Shown piece by piece: positions 62,653 through 64,000 of a DNA stretch of 64,000 nt; within the stretch, counting starts at the first letter, position 1, and the number at the start of each line of letters is the position of its first letter. This DNA comes from a virus. Location of the stretch: positions 32,192 to 96,191 of IMG/VR virus record IMGVR_UViG_3300046323_000360; one strand, given 5' to 3'. The position numbers were made by a program, and so were the translations under genes. A model generated the notes under the pieces. It was given only the letters and a program-made list of their open reading frames with translations. It was not told the DNA's origin and searched no databases.

Positions 62653-64000
62653 GTGAAAAACCAATACCAATACACAAACAAAAATAAAAAAGGGTCACAT
62701 CCTGCTGTAAAAGCAGTTGCAACCCTTTTAATAGCGTACCCTACGTCGCTAGTTGTATTTACCTCCGCTTACGCGTTTTCAGGCTCTGGAAAATACCTAC
62801 CACCAACACAATCACAACAGGTACAAATAGCCCTAATACAAAGCTACCTAAGTCAAACAATTCAAACGATACAGTCATATCTAGCTACAACTCCTTCAAG
62901 TCTTACAGCATATACATTAGATACTATAGATTCTATACTACTAAACCTACAGAGTCAAGGCTATCTCAATACCAACATAGCAGCCAAGCAAGTAGCCTAC
63001 CTACGTACTCAGCTTAGTGATCTCCAGACTCTATACTCAAATAAGAGCCAAGCTTCCGCAACGCTTAGCCAGTATGACGCACAGCTACAAGCAGTCCAAG
63101 ATGCTTTAACGATTTTAAACTCTGCTGATGCATCGATGCTTAATCAAACTCAAATCACAGACCAATCACTCTTAACATTAACTGCAAACCAAGATGCTCT
63201 CAGCACAGCAACATCAAATTATGATGCAGCTCTTCTTTTATTTAACAGCTACTCAGACCCAGCAGGTTCTCCACAACTACTTCCCATCTCCGTTCAACTA
63301 GAGACTGGTGAAGGTGGCGTTATTACAGCAGTAACCCCAGACGGTTACAAAGTCAATGCAGTCATGTTTGCATCATACGGAACCCCAAACAACTATCAAA
63401 TAGATATCACCTGCCATGCAGATAGTTCCTACCAGATAGTCCAGAACGCATTCATTCAGAACCCAGATTCAGTAACTATCTACACAAACAACTCAGTGTT
63501 TGGCGACCCCTGTGTTGGAACATACAAAAGACTTCAGATAGTTATTAGCTATGACCCACTGACAACCGTAACCCCAACCGCTAACCCATATACACAGCAA
63601 CTAGACCAAGCAAAGCAAGATCTAACTACTGCAACTTCTAATTACAATGCAGCAGTAGATTTATATAATACTGAACTCGCTACCTTAGAAGCCCTTAAGG
63701 CTGAATACCAGTTAGCACTAAGTTCTTATGAAGGTATTAAATTAACTGCGCCAACTTCTGAACAGTATTCACTAGTTGCTAATAATATAACTACACTTAC
63801 TTCAGACATCTCGACTCAAGAGTCCAGCATGACTACAACAATGTCAGACATATCTAATTCATTGTCTAGCATTTATCTTCCTACACCCCCTCCAACCCCA
63901 ACCCCCACTCCAACACCAACTCCGACACCTATACCTACAACCACACCAACTGTTGTTCCGACCCCCACTCCGACAATAACCCTAACCCCAGAACCAACCC
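62653..64000 (+). CDS. secreted coiled-coil protein with SUEL-type (Gal/Rha) lectin domain and Pro/Thr linker, runs off the right edge
   Basis: Not in the ORF track. GTG after AGGAAG; signal peptide ending SAYA; FASYGTP..CHADSS..NNSVFGDPCVGTYKRL at about 63360-63540; PTPTPT repeats. Confidence 0.8.
   Translation, partial: MKNQYQYTNKNKKGSHPAVKAVATLLIAYPTSLVVFTSAYAFSGSGKYLPPTQSQQVQIALIQSYLSQTIQTIQSYLATTPSSLTAYTLDTIDSILLNLQSQGYLNTNIAAKQVAYLRTQLSDLQTLYSNKSQASATLSQYDAQLQAVQDALTILNSADASMLNQTQITDQSLLTLTANQDALSTATSNYDAALLLFNSYSDPAGSPQLLPISVQLETGEGGVITAVTPDGYKVNAVMFASYGTPNNYQIDITCHADSSYQIVQNAFIQNPDSVTIYTNNSVFGDPCVGTYKRLQIVISYDPLTTVTPTANPYTQQLDQAKQDLTTATSNYNAAVDLYNTELATLEALKAEYQLALSSYEGIKLTAPTSEQYSLVANNITTLTSDISTQESSMTTTMSDISNSLSSIYLPTPPPTPTPTPTPTPTPIPTTTPTVVPTPTPTITLTPEPT

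Noticed and set aside
1-64000. Alternative genetic code, tRNA genes, integrase/prophage boundaries
   Set aside because: Long genes are intact in code 11 with TAA/TAG/TGA stops; no cloverleaf, integrase or host housekeeping flank was recognised

Overview
A 64-kb segment of a large tailed (siphovirus-type) dsDNA phage, probably infecting an actinobacterium (inferred Microbacteriaceae-like host from the SSB and ClgR-like proteins, GAAAGG-type RBSs and many leaderless starts). Almost all genes are on the minus strand. 1-29 kb is a morphogenesis module ordered like mycobacteriophage cluster B: intein-containing TerL, portal, Dps, a large putative virion/polyvalent protein pair joined by a -1 frameshift, a 1724-aa maturation-protease polyprotein, two capsid proteins, major tail, adaptor/terminator, frameshifted tail chaperones, tape measure and distal tail. 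About 32.4-56.1 kb is a distinct domain of roughly 36 short transcription units. Each is headed by the same oriented 17-bp motif (CAGAAAAAATAAATACA on +) placed between an intrinsic terminator and a sigma-A-type promoter. This domain is bracketed by inverted copies of the motif, is almost free of many 4-bp palindromes except right beside the motif, carries a strand-polarised CCGTGT hexamer, and several of its 3' UTRs display anti-Shine-Dalgarno loops. 56-60 kb is conversely crowded with palindromes and a second operator-like repeat. Near 62 kb transcription diverges into a secreted SUEL-lectin/coiled-coil protein. No tRNA, rRNA, integrase or CRISPR array was recognised. All counts are by eye and no database searches were run.
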